The position numbers and the translations under genes are program-made. Below, one piece after another: positions 14,065 to 22,250 of a stretch of DNA of 64,000 nt. Below the pieces are notes generated by a model, which saw nothing but the letters and a program-made list of their open reading frames with translations, searched no databases and was not told the DNA's origin. Each line of letters begins with the position of its first letter. Position 1 is the stretch's first letter. The stretch comes from a virus, in the IMG/VR virus record IMGVR_UViG_3300032304_002285, positions 64,001-128,000 of that record; one strand, given 5' to 3'.

Positions 14065-14305
14065 TGGTTGTGGCATATTTAGAGGTGCTGACTACTACAG
14101 TCCTCGTTATCCTGTAATTCCTCTTCCTGATCGTCCTCAGTTACAGAACGTTTCTGGTTCTGAAATGGGCAAGATGTCTGAGGATGCACAGAAGGCTGTG
14201 GCAGGGAACATGAATTCTTTGATGGATTATTCTCGTAAGCTGGAGATAGGGGCTCGTGAGTATAACGAATATGCGGAAGAACACAACAAGGTTTTTGAAA
14301 AGTAA
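13988..14305 (+). CDS. Putative outer-membrane lipoprotein spanin (Rz1-like)
   Basis: Signal peptide KRMVLLMLAVGMLGSSG-C ending in a lipobox-type Cys, then a Pro-rich segment (PRYPVIPLPDRP) and a helix. Start could be 13988, 14009 or 14024. Confidence 0.6.
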   Translation: MLTRILPMFGKRMVLLMLAVGMLGSSGCGIFRGADYYSPRYPVIPLPDRPQLQNVSGSEMGKMSEDAQKAVAGNMNSLMDYSRKLEIGAREYNEYAEEHNKVFEK

Positions 14306-14315
14306 GGATGGTTTT

Positions 14316-14615
14316 ATGAATCAGGAAGCAATTGCTAATCGTATTGCAAGTAAGATGGTGAAGGCGGCTGATCCATCTGTTGCTGTTTATAATTACTTGA
14401 TGAAGAATTCGGATGAAGACGTAAAGGACATGAAGAAGTTAATTGAGGGTATTGAATCCGAGTTGAAAGAGATTAGGAAACAGCTTAAGGGATTGGATGC
14501 TCTTGGTTCGGGGGTGATGGAGTCACAGAGTTTTCTTCCTCGTTTGGTTGCGGTGATTAAGCCATTAAATACTTTGTCGGGAAATATTTTAAAGAATGCT
14601 GAGAAGTTTCAATAA
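14316..14615 (+). CDS. Coiled-coil hypothetical protein (leader-like MNQEAIANRIASKMVKAA)
   Basis: ATG 14316 behind AAGGA. Confidence 0.65.
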   Translation: MNQEAIANRIASKMVKAADPSVAVYNYLMKNSDEDVKDMKKLIEGIESELKEIRKQLKGLDALGSGVMESQSFLPRLVAVIKPLNTLSGNILKNAEKFQ

Positions 14616-14737
14616 GGTTTGTTTTTAGCCTAACTGCCCATACGGCTGGTAAGGACAGGACAAAGGTTGTCTTGGACCTTACTGAAGGTTATCGCTTGTT
14701 GAGACCTTCTAAGGGCGAAAGAAAGCGAAGGTGTGTT

Positions 14738-15175
14738 ATGACAATGCAGGGAAGTACGGGGAAAAGCTGGTGGCAATACAGCGTATGGACAAAGAACATT
14801 GCTCGGAATTCTAGAATCACTGAGCCAAGTGCTTCTGTTAGTCCGGACATGTTGGCGTTCATCAAGTCTTTTGTCAAAGCCATGTACAATCCGGTTACTT
14901 CGACAGGGACTCGTCCATGGTTGAAGGAAAAGTTTCAACGTTTGTCTGTTAATAGTAATTATCAGGGAGACATTGATACAGAACCGACTCATGTGCTTAT
15001 CAAGATGCTTGAGGTTGTTGGTCGGGATTTCAAGAAGATTCCGATTACTGAGTTTGAGGCTGCTGGCGTTGATATCTTGATTGGGTTGGCAAGCCATCGT
15101 GAGGCTGGAACTGGTCCGTATTATGGTGGTGTAATTAGTTCGGCTGTTGTAGTTCCTCCTTCTGAGCCAACCTGA
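14738..15175 (+). CDS. Hypothetical protein
   Basis: ORF followed by a terminator. The start is uncertain (14672-14744). Confidence 0.6.
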   Translation: MTMQGSTGKSWWQYSVWTKNIARNSRITEPSASVSPDMLAFIKSFVKAMYNPVTSTGTRPWLKEKFQRLSVNSNYQGDIDTEPTHVLIKMLEVVGRDFKKIPITEFEAAGVDILIGLASHREAGTGPYYGGVISSAVVVPPSEPT

Positions 15176-15188
15176 GAGGGTTAAAACA

Positions 15189-15230
15189 AAAAGCCAAGTT
15201 AGATGTAAAAATTTAACTTGGCTTTTTTTT
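15189..15230 (+). terminator. Intrinsic terminator
   Basis: AAAAGCCAAGTTAGAT/ATTTAACTTGGCTTTT followed by a T run. Confidence 0.75.
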
Positions 15231-15336
15231 ACGATTTTTGGAAAGATTTTGTAAGTAAGTTAATGAAGATTGTTAAAAAGTTGCTTTTTTATAAAGATTA
15301 GGGATATTAGAACAGATTACGGAAAAGGGGTTGTTT

Positions 15337-16572
15337 ATGAACAGTACTAGGAAAAGAGTTGCGGCTGAACTTCTTAAGATGGCTCGTGAGTTAACTTCTT
15401 TTGAGTTTGATACAGAAGATGCTCTTAAGAAATATTTGCATGATCATCCTGGTGCAGACAGAAGCCACCATTCTGTAAAGACCAAAGAGAATAAGCCGAC
15501 TACTACTGAAAACCCTTCTACTCAAAAACAGGAAAAGCCAGAACAGGTTCCTTCTCCCAAGAAGGAGGCTCCGGTTGAGGAGAAAAAGGATACTGTGGTT
15601 GAGACAGAGGATATTCTTCCGAAGGGTGGTTTTTTGAAGGAAGAGGAATCTTCTTTGCCGAAGAAGACAAAGCAGGAAGTGAGTGATCCTGATCAACTCT
15701 TCAAGCAGGCTGAAGAGACTAGAGAGCTTATGTTTGATTGGCTTGATAGGGGTAAGGGAATTGACAAGGCGATTGGAGCCAGGACTTATGATTCTAGTCC
15801 TGATAATGAAGAATTGGACAAGCCGGGTCCAGTTGTTTTGATTGTTCACAATAAGGAGAGAGAGAAGTCAGAGAAGAAGGTAAAGAAGAATTATAAGGGA
15901 GATTGGTCTGAGTTGTTGGATGTTGTTAGAGCATCTGTTGCTGTTGATGGTATTGATGATGTTCCTGGGGTAATGGATGCCTTGAGGAAGTCGGGGATGA
16001 AATTAGCCAAGAAGCCTAAGGATAGGTTTTCTGAGCCAACTGATGTTGGGTATAGGGATATTCTTTTAAGTGTGAAATATCCCAATGGGCATGTTGGTGA
16101 ATTGCAGGTTCATGTAAAGCCTGTTCTTAAGGCTAAGAGTATTGGTCATAAATATTATGAAAACATTAGACCATTTGAGGAGAAGGCAGAAGCAGAGGGT
16201 AGAACCGTGATGACTCCTGAGGAGCAAAAGGAGATAGATCATTGGAATGGGTTAATGAAAGATGTCTATGGAAAGGCTTGGGATGAGGTTATAAAGAAGA
16301 AGAAGGCGGGTGGGGCTAAGGTTGAAAACAAAGAGCCGGGGAAAGTAGAGGCATCAATGGTTGCTTCTCAGGTCTCATATTATGAATATGAGGATAAACC
16401 GGCAATGTGGGTTCAGGGTCATTTCCCTCAGTATTTGATGAAGGGAGAGATGGCTTATACTTATGATTTGTTTAAATTTTTCACTCTTGTAAAAACGATT
16501 AACAAGTCAAAGTTTGATGAGTTGATGGAAGAGCACAGACAAGAGCACATGTCTGATAAATCTAACAAGTAA
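15337..16572 (+). CDS. RelA/SpoT-type (small alarmone synthetase-like) nucleotidyltransferase with shared N-terminal leader
   Basis: KEREKSEKK..NYKGDWSELLDVVRAS...KDRF..P...GYRDILL...GHVGELQVH...GHKYYE follows the RelA_SpoT SYNTH motif order. Leader RVAAELLKMARELTS. Confidence 0.7.
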   Translation: MNSTRKRVAAELLKMARELTSFEFDTEDALKKYLHDHPGADRSHHSVKTKENKPTTTENPSTQKQEKPEQVPSPKKEAPVEEKKDTVVETEDILPKGGFLKEEESSLPKKTKQEVSDPDQLFKQAEETRELMFDWLDRGKGIDKAIGARTYDSSPDNEELDKPGPVVLIVHNKEREKSEKKVKKNYKGDWSELLDVVRASVAVDGIDDVPGVMDALRKSGMKLAKKPKDRFSEPTDVGYRDILLSVKYPNGHVGELQVHVKPVLKAKSIGHKYYENIRPFEEKAEAEGRTVMTPEEQKEIDHWNGLMKDVYGKAWDEVIKKKKAGGAKVENKEPGKVEASMVASQVSYYEYEDKPAMWVQGHFPQYLMKGEMAYTYDLFKFFTLVKTINKSKFDELMEEHRQEHMSDKSNK

Positions 16573-16639
16573 GGTGTTATTTGTTAGTTGTCTCAAATGT
16601 CATGATGGCATTTGAAAATATGAAACAAAATATGGAGAG

Positions 16640-17635
16640 GTGACTATGGAAAAGTATGTTGTTGCTGCTAAACAGTGGGCTCTTGGCTTTTTGAAGGAGA
16701 CACTGTACCAAGGGAATGTGATTACTGTAGACAGGGAAGCCAATCAGATTGTAGTAGACGGGAGGGCATTAAAGGATATTCGGGATATTGATATTGCCAA
16801 GAGACAGGCTGAAAAATTCCCTCACAATCCTTTAATCGTTCCATTTACTGAAGAGAACCTTAGGAAATACAAAGAGGCTGGGGCTGTTGCTCCTATGTCT
16901 CTGAAGAAGAATAAGGTAGGTAAAGAGTTGGAAGTTGTAAGGGCTGATGAAGATCTTCACGATACCATTGATATTTCCAGCACTCAGATTTCCAAGAGGA
17001 AGCGGGAAGCGGAAGATGCTTCTAAGGTTCGAGGAAAGAATGAGAAGTTGCCTGTAATTACTGGTGATGAAAGTTCTCAGGAACGTCTTGAGAGATTGAG
17101 AGAGATTAAGGCTTCCGAGAAAATTCCTATTATCAGGGATGATAGTCTTGGCGTTGAGGGTGGGAGCAAGTCTGTTGCTTTAAATGCTGGACAGAAGCTT
17201 CCTTCTCGTCAAGAGGTTGAGTCTCGTGAAAGTATTGCTCGTCAGCAGGCAGACATCAGGAAGAAGGCGGCTGAGGCTAAGCGTGGGGATGTTATTGCTG
17301 ATGCAGAAAGCCCTTCTGAGATTCAGACTCTTTTGAATGATGCGGATAAGAAGCCTGTTATTCCTGTTGTTAATCCTCGGGTTAAAGTGGCTGATGTAAA
17401 GCCACCTCTTGAATTAAGGATTGATGGTTTAGAGAAACGGATTGATGGGTTGAATGATACTTTGTCTAAGTTAAATGGTTTTGTTACCAAGCTGATGGAT
17501 GAGTTTAACAAAGCCAAAGACTTAGGAGCAAAGATTGACAGTCTTTTTGAGAAGCCTTCTGTAAAGAAAATGGCTAAGAAAAAGAATAAAGAGGAAGTTG
17601 TAGTCAAGAAGGCGAGGAAGGTTCGCAAGGTTTAA
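16640..17635 (+). CDS. Hypothetical charged protein
   Basis: 331-aa ORF with GGAGAGG RBS, coiled coil and Lys-rich tail. Confidence 0.7.
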   Translation: MTMEKYVVAAKQWALGFLKETLYQGNVITVDREANQIVVDGRALKDIRDIDIAKRQAEKFPHNPLIVPFTEENLRKYKEAGAVAPMSLKKNKVGKELEVVRADEDLHDTIDISSTQISKRKREAEDASKVRGKNEKLPVITGDESSQERLERLREIKASEKIPIIRDDSLGVEGGSKSVALNAGQKLPSRQEVESRESIARQQADIRKKAAEAKRGDVIADAESPSEIQTLLNDADKKPVIPVVNPRVKVADVKPPLELRIDGLEKRIDGLNDTLSKLNGFVTKLMDEFNKAKDLGAKIDSLFEKPSVKKMAKKKNKEEVVVKKARKVRKV

Positions 17636-17673
17636 TGGTTATAGAAGATTAAACAATTGGGGGAAATTTAATT

Positions 17674-17970
17674 ATGCTTTATGGGTATAGGTGTCCAAAA
17701 TGTTCATTTTCTTTTGATTTAGTTTTCTCTATTGGGAAAGCTACTTCTACAGGGAAGTGTCCGGAATGTGGTTCTGATGCGAAGAGGGAGTTTTCTCCGT
17801 TGAGTTTTAAGATTACTGGTGGTTCTATTTCAGCAGCTTCTTCTGGCAAGTCTTTTGGGCAAGAAATGCTCAAGAAGAATCAGGATGCAGCGGAGAGGAT
17901 GAAGGGGAATAAGCCTCCGGTAAGACGGGTTGGAACTCAGTATCAAGATGGTAGAGTTGAAGCAGTCTGA
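17674..17970 (+). CDS. FmdB-like zinc-ribbon protein
   Basis: MLYGYRCPKCSFSFD...KCPECGSDAKREFS. Confidence 0.75.
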   Translation: MLYGYRCPKCSFSFDLVFSIGKATSTGKCPECGSDAKREFSPLSFKITGGSISAASSGKSFGQEMLKKNQDAAERMKGNKPPVRRVGTQYQDGRVEAV

Positions 17971-17990
17971 ATCTGTTTCTGGAGTCTAAG

Positions 17991-18242
17991 ATGGATAAAA
18001 AAGAAATTTTGTATAGGACCAGCGATTTATATTTCGGTGCGTATCTATGCAGCTTAGATATTCCATTGATGACTTCGGAAAAAGAGCATGAGGGAGATTT
18101 CAGCAAGGTTGTCTTTGTTTTTAAAATCCCTCAGGAAGACTTAGCGAGGCTCAAGGCTTCTTATTTTGGCGGGAGTGGGACCATTCGAGCCAGGAAGTTT
18201 GTTGACAGTCTGAGAAGCCTTAAAAGCCTTTGTCATACTTAA
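17991..18242 (+). CDS. DUF5659-like small protein
   Basis: YRTSDLYFGAYLCSLDIPL resembles the DUF5659 pattern, from memory. Confidence 0.5.
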   Translation: MDKKEILYRTSDLYFGAYLCSLDIPLMTSEKEHEGDFSKVVFVFKIPQEDLARLKASYFGGSGTIRARKFVDSLRSLKSLCHT

Positions 18243-18265
18243 CTTTTGTTTAAATAAACTTCTTC

Positions 18266-18292
18266 AAGCCCCGGATAAAACCGGGGCTTTTT
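18266..18292 (+). terminator. Intrinsic terminator
   Basis: AAGCCCCGG/CCGGGGCTT followed by a T run. Confidence 0.8.
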
Positions 18293-18340
18293 ATTTATTG
18301 ATAAAGTTTTGTTTTGTAAAAGAGGGTAAGGTTTAGAATT

Positions 18341-19135
18341 ATGGCATACTATCCTGGGACATATATCACTACGGGTGTAGCAGGTAGTTCAAACTACAAT
18401 GATCTTGTGGATAATTATTTAACCCCAAGATTGTTGACGTTTAGGCAAATTATTATTAATGATGAGCCTGCTGTTTTAAAGCCAGACAAGGTTACTTGGA
18501 AAACTACTTATGGGAATTGGAATCAGGGTTCTGACCTTTTTGTTAGGAAAAATGGAACTGTTATTAGTTCAGCAGGGGTTACAAATATTGATTATAGTCA
18601 TGGGTGTTTTCGGGCTAATCCGGTAGATGTTGGATTAGATGGAAAGTCTAGTGACACGGTTGAGGTTACATACGAGTGGGATTATTTCCCTGTTATTGTT
18701 TTAAAAAATTTTTTAATGCAATCGGTTCAGATTGTGAATACTAGTGCTTGGGGTTCTGCGACTTCTTATGAGATAGATACGATGCCTGGATACTGGAAGG
18801 GTGTTGTTACTGATTTGGCATTTGCATTAGCGATAGAAAGAATTTTACTTGATTATGATTTGTGGAAGTGGAGATTAGTTTACGCCATTGGTCCTGGGGA
18901 CGTAGAATCAAGCGGTGGTGATATTGTGGGTCAATTACAGACTCTTAAGCAGAATGCTGAAGAGAGGGCTTATCGTACTCTTGAGAATGAGAAGTTTAAG
19001 ATGGGGAATAGAGTATCTGTTCCTACTGTTCATTATTACGATTCTGTTCGTGGTATGGGTACAAGTGCTGGAAGGCATGGTATTCCTTTTGTAGGTGGAA
19101 GATTACGGGGATGGACTCCCAATCGCATAATGTAG
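18341..19135 (+). CDS. Putative virion (head-completion/neck) protein
   Basis: First gene of the structural operon. The VEVTYEWDY beta-strand followed by helical ...DLAFALAIER is reminiscent of head-tail adaptors. Confidence 0.45.
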   Translation: MAYYPGTYITTGVAGSSNYNDLVDNYLTPRLLTFRQIIINDEPAVLKPDKVTWKTTYGNWNQGSDLFVRKNGTVISSAGVTNIDYSHGCFRANPVDVGLDGKSSDTVEVTYEWDYFPVIVLKNFLMQSVQIVNTSAWGSATSYEIDTMPGYWKGVVTDLAFALAIERILLDYDLWKWRLVYAIGPGDVESSGGDIVGQLQTLKQNAEERAYRTLENEKFKMGNRVSVPTVHYYDSVRGMGTSAGRHGIPFVGGRLRGWTPNRIM

Positions 19136-19148
19136 GGAATTTTATTTT

Positions 19149-19451
19149 ATGTCAAAAGATTCGGATATTTTTGGTGAGATAAAAGAAATTAGGAAGATGA
19201 TTTCTGGTGCTAGTTCTTTGTTGGCTATTAGGCAGGAAGTCTCAAAGGTTATGAAGTCGGGATTTTTGGTGATGGATGGAAGGCATCATGTTGCGGGGAA
19301 TGGGTATGACGTTGTTGTTAAGTGTGGGAGTGAGGAGGAGTCAGTAGCTAGACGATTGAGGGCATCAATTCCTGATGCTAAAATTGAGAGAATTACATCT
19401 GGGGTTTTGGGGATTAAGACTGCAAGAAGAATGAAAAACTTCAAGATATAG
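19149..19451 (+). CDS. Hypothetical protein (weak leader-like N-terminus)
   Basis: 100-aa ORF in the structural operon. Confidence 0.65.
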   Translation: MSKDSDIFGEIKEIRKMISGASSLLAIRQEVSKVMKSGFLVMDGRHHVAGNGYDVVVKCGSEEESVARRLRASIPDAKIERITSGVLGIKTARRMKNFKI

Positions 19452-19463
19452 GTTGGAGGCTTT

Positions 19464-19952
19464 ATGGCTGTGGATATATCTCCGGTTACGGGACAATTGT
19501 TTTACTCGGGCTCTTGGGCTGAGATAAAAGAGATCCTTCGTACTCTGAATATTGGGGATGGGAAATTGGCTCAAGTTACACAAGAAATGACGAATAATTA
19601 TCAGGAGATGGTAGACAGAGAGATAGATGCTCTTCTTGAACCATTGTACCATGTTCCTTTAAGGGCAATGAATCAGGTACAGCCTGACGGTGTAACTAGG
19701 AAAGTTTTCCCTGGTGATATTCGGCGTTTAGCTAAATATTGGGTTTCGGGTTACATGCTTTTGAGTCAGTTTCAGAATCTTTCTCAGAATGTAACGGATC
19801 AGGCTCAAAATTATATTGAGGATGCAAAGAAGGCGATGTATTCGATTAGTAGATGGAATCATAGGATTCCGGGTCAAGAGAGGAAGAGTAGTTTGTCTAG
19901 GACTATGCCACCTAATATGCAACCTTCATCAATTCCTGAGCCTAATTTTTAA
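19464..19952 (+). CDS. Putative head-tail adaptor/neck protein
   Basis: REIDALLEPLYHVPL...IRRLAKYWVSGY resembles the gp36/gp15-like adaptor pattern. GGAGG RBS. Confidence 0.5.
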   Translation: MAVDISPVTGQLFYSGSWAEIKEILRTLNIGDGKLAQVTQEMTNNYQEMVDREIDALLEPLYHVPLRAMNQVQPDGVTRKVFPGDIRRLAKYWVSGYMLLSQFQNLSQNVTDQAQNYIEDAKKAMYSISRWNHRIPGQERKSSLSRTMPPNMQPSSIPEPNF

Positions 19953-19955
19953 TCT

Positions 19956-20270
19956 ATGAAAAGAATAGCCAAAGAACTGGGTGAGGTAAGCAACTCTCTG
20001 ATGGGATTGCTCGATTTTACTTTTGATGGGATTGAGCAAGGGGATTATGATTTTATAAATAGGATTTGTGGGGAGATAGATGATTTTGCGGATAGGATTA
20101 GAAGGAATGAGGGATTGGATATGTCAGTTGAGAAAGTGTGTGGCGGGGATTCTACTTCTGTAAAGATTCGCATGACAGATCATGAGGCATTGAAAGCGAT
20201 AAAAGAAGAGTTGGCGAGGAAGCTGACAAAGATGAGTAAGAAAAAGAATCTTAATTTACGGGTTGGTTGA
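19956..20270 (+). CDS. Hypothetical protein with leader-like N-terminus (MKRIAKELGEVSNSLMG)
   Basis: 104-aa ORF. Confidence 0.65.
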   Translation: MKRIAKELGEVSNSLMGLLDFTFDGIEQGDYDFINRICGEIDDFADRIRRNEGLDMSVEKVCGGDSTSVKIRMTDHEALKAIKEELARKLTKMSKKKNLNLRVG

Positions 20271-20833
20271 TGTATACAAACCCCCACAATTTAGTTTTAA
20301 CTCTGGTTGCATTGCTTGAAAGGAGTTCAGAGCAAATAAATCAAACTATTGGTATTTATTTGCCAAGCAAAACTCTTTCTGTTTTTGAGGGACAGAGGGC
20401 TCTTTTACCTGCTGATGCTTATCCGTCTTTAGAGATTGAGCCGACGAATGGGGCGAATAATTGGGCAACTACAAGATCACAAAGACCCAGATACAGTTTC
20501 AATTGTACTCTTACTACTTTATGTGACAATGAGAAATATGCTGTTGAATATATAACAACCGTTGCCACAACGATTGTTTCTATTATGACTGATCCTCAGA
20601 ATTTACAGCTTCCTGTTATTGGTGAAACGGTTTGGTCTCCTACTGGTGGTTTATATCCGACAAAGATTTTGGATAGTTTGGTTGAGGATGTCACTTACAA
20701 TGCTGAGAAAGAGGGTTCGATTAGGCGTTGTGAGTTTACTTGGTATGCTTTGATTCACGAGCCATTTCCCGATGTAAAGTTTCGCCAAGGGGAGTCTTCT
20801 TCCCCTACGGTTTTGAGACCTCCTGTGATTTGA
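20270..20833 (+). CDS. Putative tail-completion/terminator protein
   Basis: YPSLEIEP...YSFNCTLT...CEFTW pattern, upstream of the tube-like genes. ATG overlaps the upstream stop. Confidence 0.5.
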   Translation: MYTNPHNLVLTLVALLERSSEQINQTIGIYLPSKTLSVFEGQRALLPADAYPSLEIEPTNGANNWATTRSQRPRYSFNCTLTTLCDNEKYAVEYITTVATTIVSIMTDPQNLQLPVIGETVWSPTGGLYPTKILDSLVEDVTYNAEKEGSIRRCEFTWYALIHEPFPDVKFRQGESSSPTVLRPPVI

Positions 20834-20879
20834 TAACTTTTTTTTTATAAGTTTAACCTTTTAATAAAAGGGTATCTCG

Positions 20880-21167
20880 GTGAATAAGGATAAAATCAAG
20901 GATTTAGATAAGGTTCTGGATGAAGAGATTCTACCAGATGCTTTTAATTTTTTAGTTAAGGTTGGTGAGATTCCTTATAAGGCTAATCGTCGCGCCATGG
21001 TGGAGTTAGACTTAAAGAGGAATGTGAGTAAGGGGCTAAAGAAGGCTGAGGATACGGTTAAGGGAATAGATGGTTGGGTTGGCGAACTGGAGCTTTTTAG
21101 AGATGCCACAGAACGAGTTGCCAAAGAAGCGGTTGCCGTTTTTCGTTCACCTGAAAACGGTGGCTGA
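20880..21167 (+). CDS. Hypothetical protein
   Basis: 95-aa ORF with a GTG start. Confidence 0.6.
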   Translation: MNKDKIKDLDKVLDEEILPDAFNFLVKVGEIPYKANRRAMVELDLKRNVSKGLKKAEDTVKGIDGWVGELELFRDATERVAKEAVAVFRSPENGG

Positions 21168-21168
21168 T

Positions 21169-21408
21169 ATGTCTGCTGTGGCGAAAGCCTTAGCAGAAAT
21201 CAAAGTGGAGATTAAGGCAATCGAACAAGCCAGGGCTTCTTTGCATAGTGAGGACCCTCAGATTCAAAGGGTTGCTGTGAGGGATTTGGCATTAAGTGGT
21301 ATGGCTGCTTCTAAGAAAGCAGAGGAAATTATAGATCAGATTTTGGGGATCAAGAAGAAGGTTCAGAAGTACTTGAAGCAGGTCAGGGAAGTAGATGTCA
21401 TTAGTTGA
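21169..21408 (+). CDS. Hypothetical helical protein
   Basis: Start re-assigned to ATG 21169, just after the upstream stop. Confidence 0.6.
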   Translation: MSAVAKALAEIKVEIKAIEQARASLHSEDPQIQRVAVRDLALSGMAASKKAEEIIDQILGIKKKVQKYLKQVREVDVIS

Positions 21409-22192
21409 TACAACAACTTTATTGAAGGTGGCTGATAGAGCCGCAATGCAGTACAAGCATTTGTACGATGCATTTGCTCAATTAGTTGTTCAAGGGAATG
21501 GCTATTACTCAGAGATAGTAACTGAGACAGATAATCAGGAATTGGAGATCACAACTCAGGGTCCGTATTATTTTGTTGATAATAATTTGAACATTGATTT
21601 TAATATAAAGAATGGAACGTGTTTGGCATCTGTTGTGGGAGCAATGGAAGTGCATTTCAATGTAAGAGATATAGGTGGGAATCCTTTGCAGATTGGTGGT
21701 TGGGATGGATATCTCAACAGTCATAATAGCAGAGTTAGTTGGTATTTTAATAGATTATTTCATGCAGTTAAGGGTTTGTGGATGTTGGCGGTAAATGTTT
21801 TTTCGGAGACGGATGATGTTTTTGGAACTGTTGCTATTGGTGCTGGTCCTGTTGTGAATTTTGTTGATGGAGTCAATTACGGGAATGGTGCTGTGACGAA
21901 TCCGGCTAATGGTAATTATTTTGCAGCTACACAGTTGAAGGTTGTTGTTGGGTCTATGGGAAGTACGGGTGTTGATTTAAGATTAAGCGTTAAAGATTTA
22001 AATGATAATCCTGCTTTAATTGACGTTGTGATTCCCGGAGGTTCGGCTCCTGGGACAGAGATTCTTGTTGGAACAAGTTCTAATCGTTATTTGGATGTTA
22101 TGACAGTTGGGTTTGTTCCATCGGGATCAACAGGGACGGTTGGTGATCAATTTACCATCCACAACAAAAAAGAGCGTCAAATTTCCCTGTAA
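21395..22192 (+). CDS. Putative virion structural protein
   Basis: 265 aa, rich in G/V/N/T and beta-prone, within the tail operon. Confidence 0.55.
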   Translation: MSLVDTTTLLKVADRAAMQYKHLYDAFAQLVVQGNGYYSEIVTETDNQELEITTQGPYYFVDNNLNIDFNIKNGTCLASVVGAMEVHFNVRDIGGNPLQIGGWDGYLNSHNSRVSWYFNRLFHAVKGLWMLAVNVFSETDDVFGTVAIGAGPVVNFVDGVNYGNGAVTNPANGNYFAATQLKVVVGSMGSTGVDLRLSVKDLNDNPALIDVVIPGGSAPGTEILVGTSSNRYLDVMTVGFVPSGSTGTVGDQFTIHNKKERQISL

Positions 22193-22250
22193 CGTCAAGT
22201 GTGTTTGTTAATAGGAGCATATTGCTTCACAAGAGAAGGAGTAAGTTATC

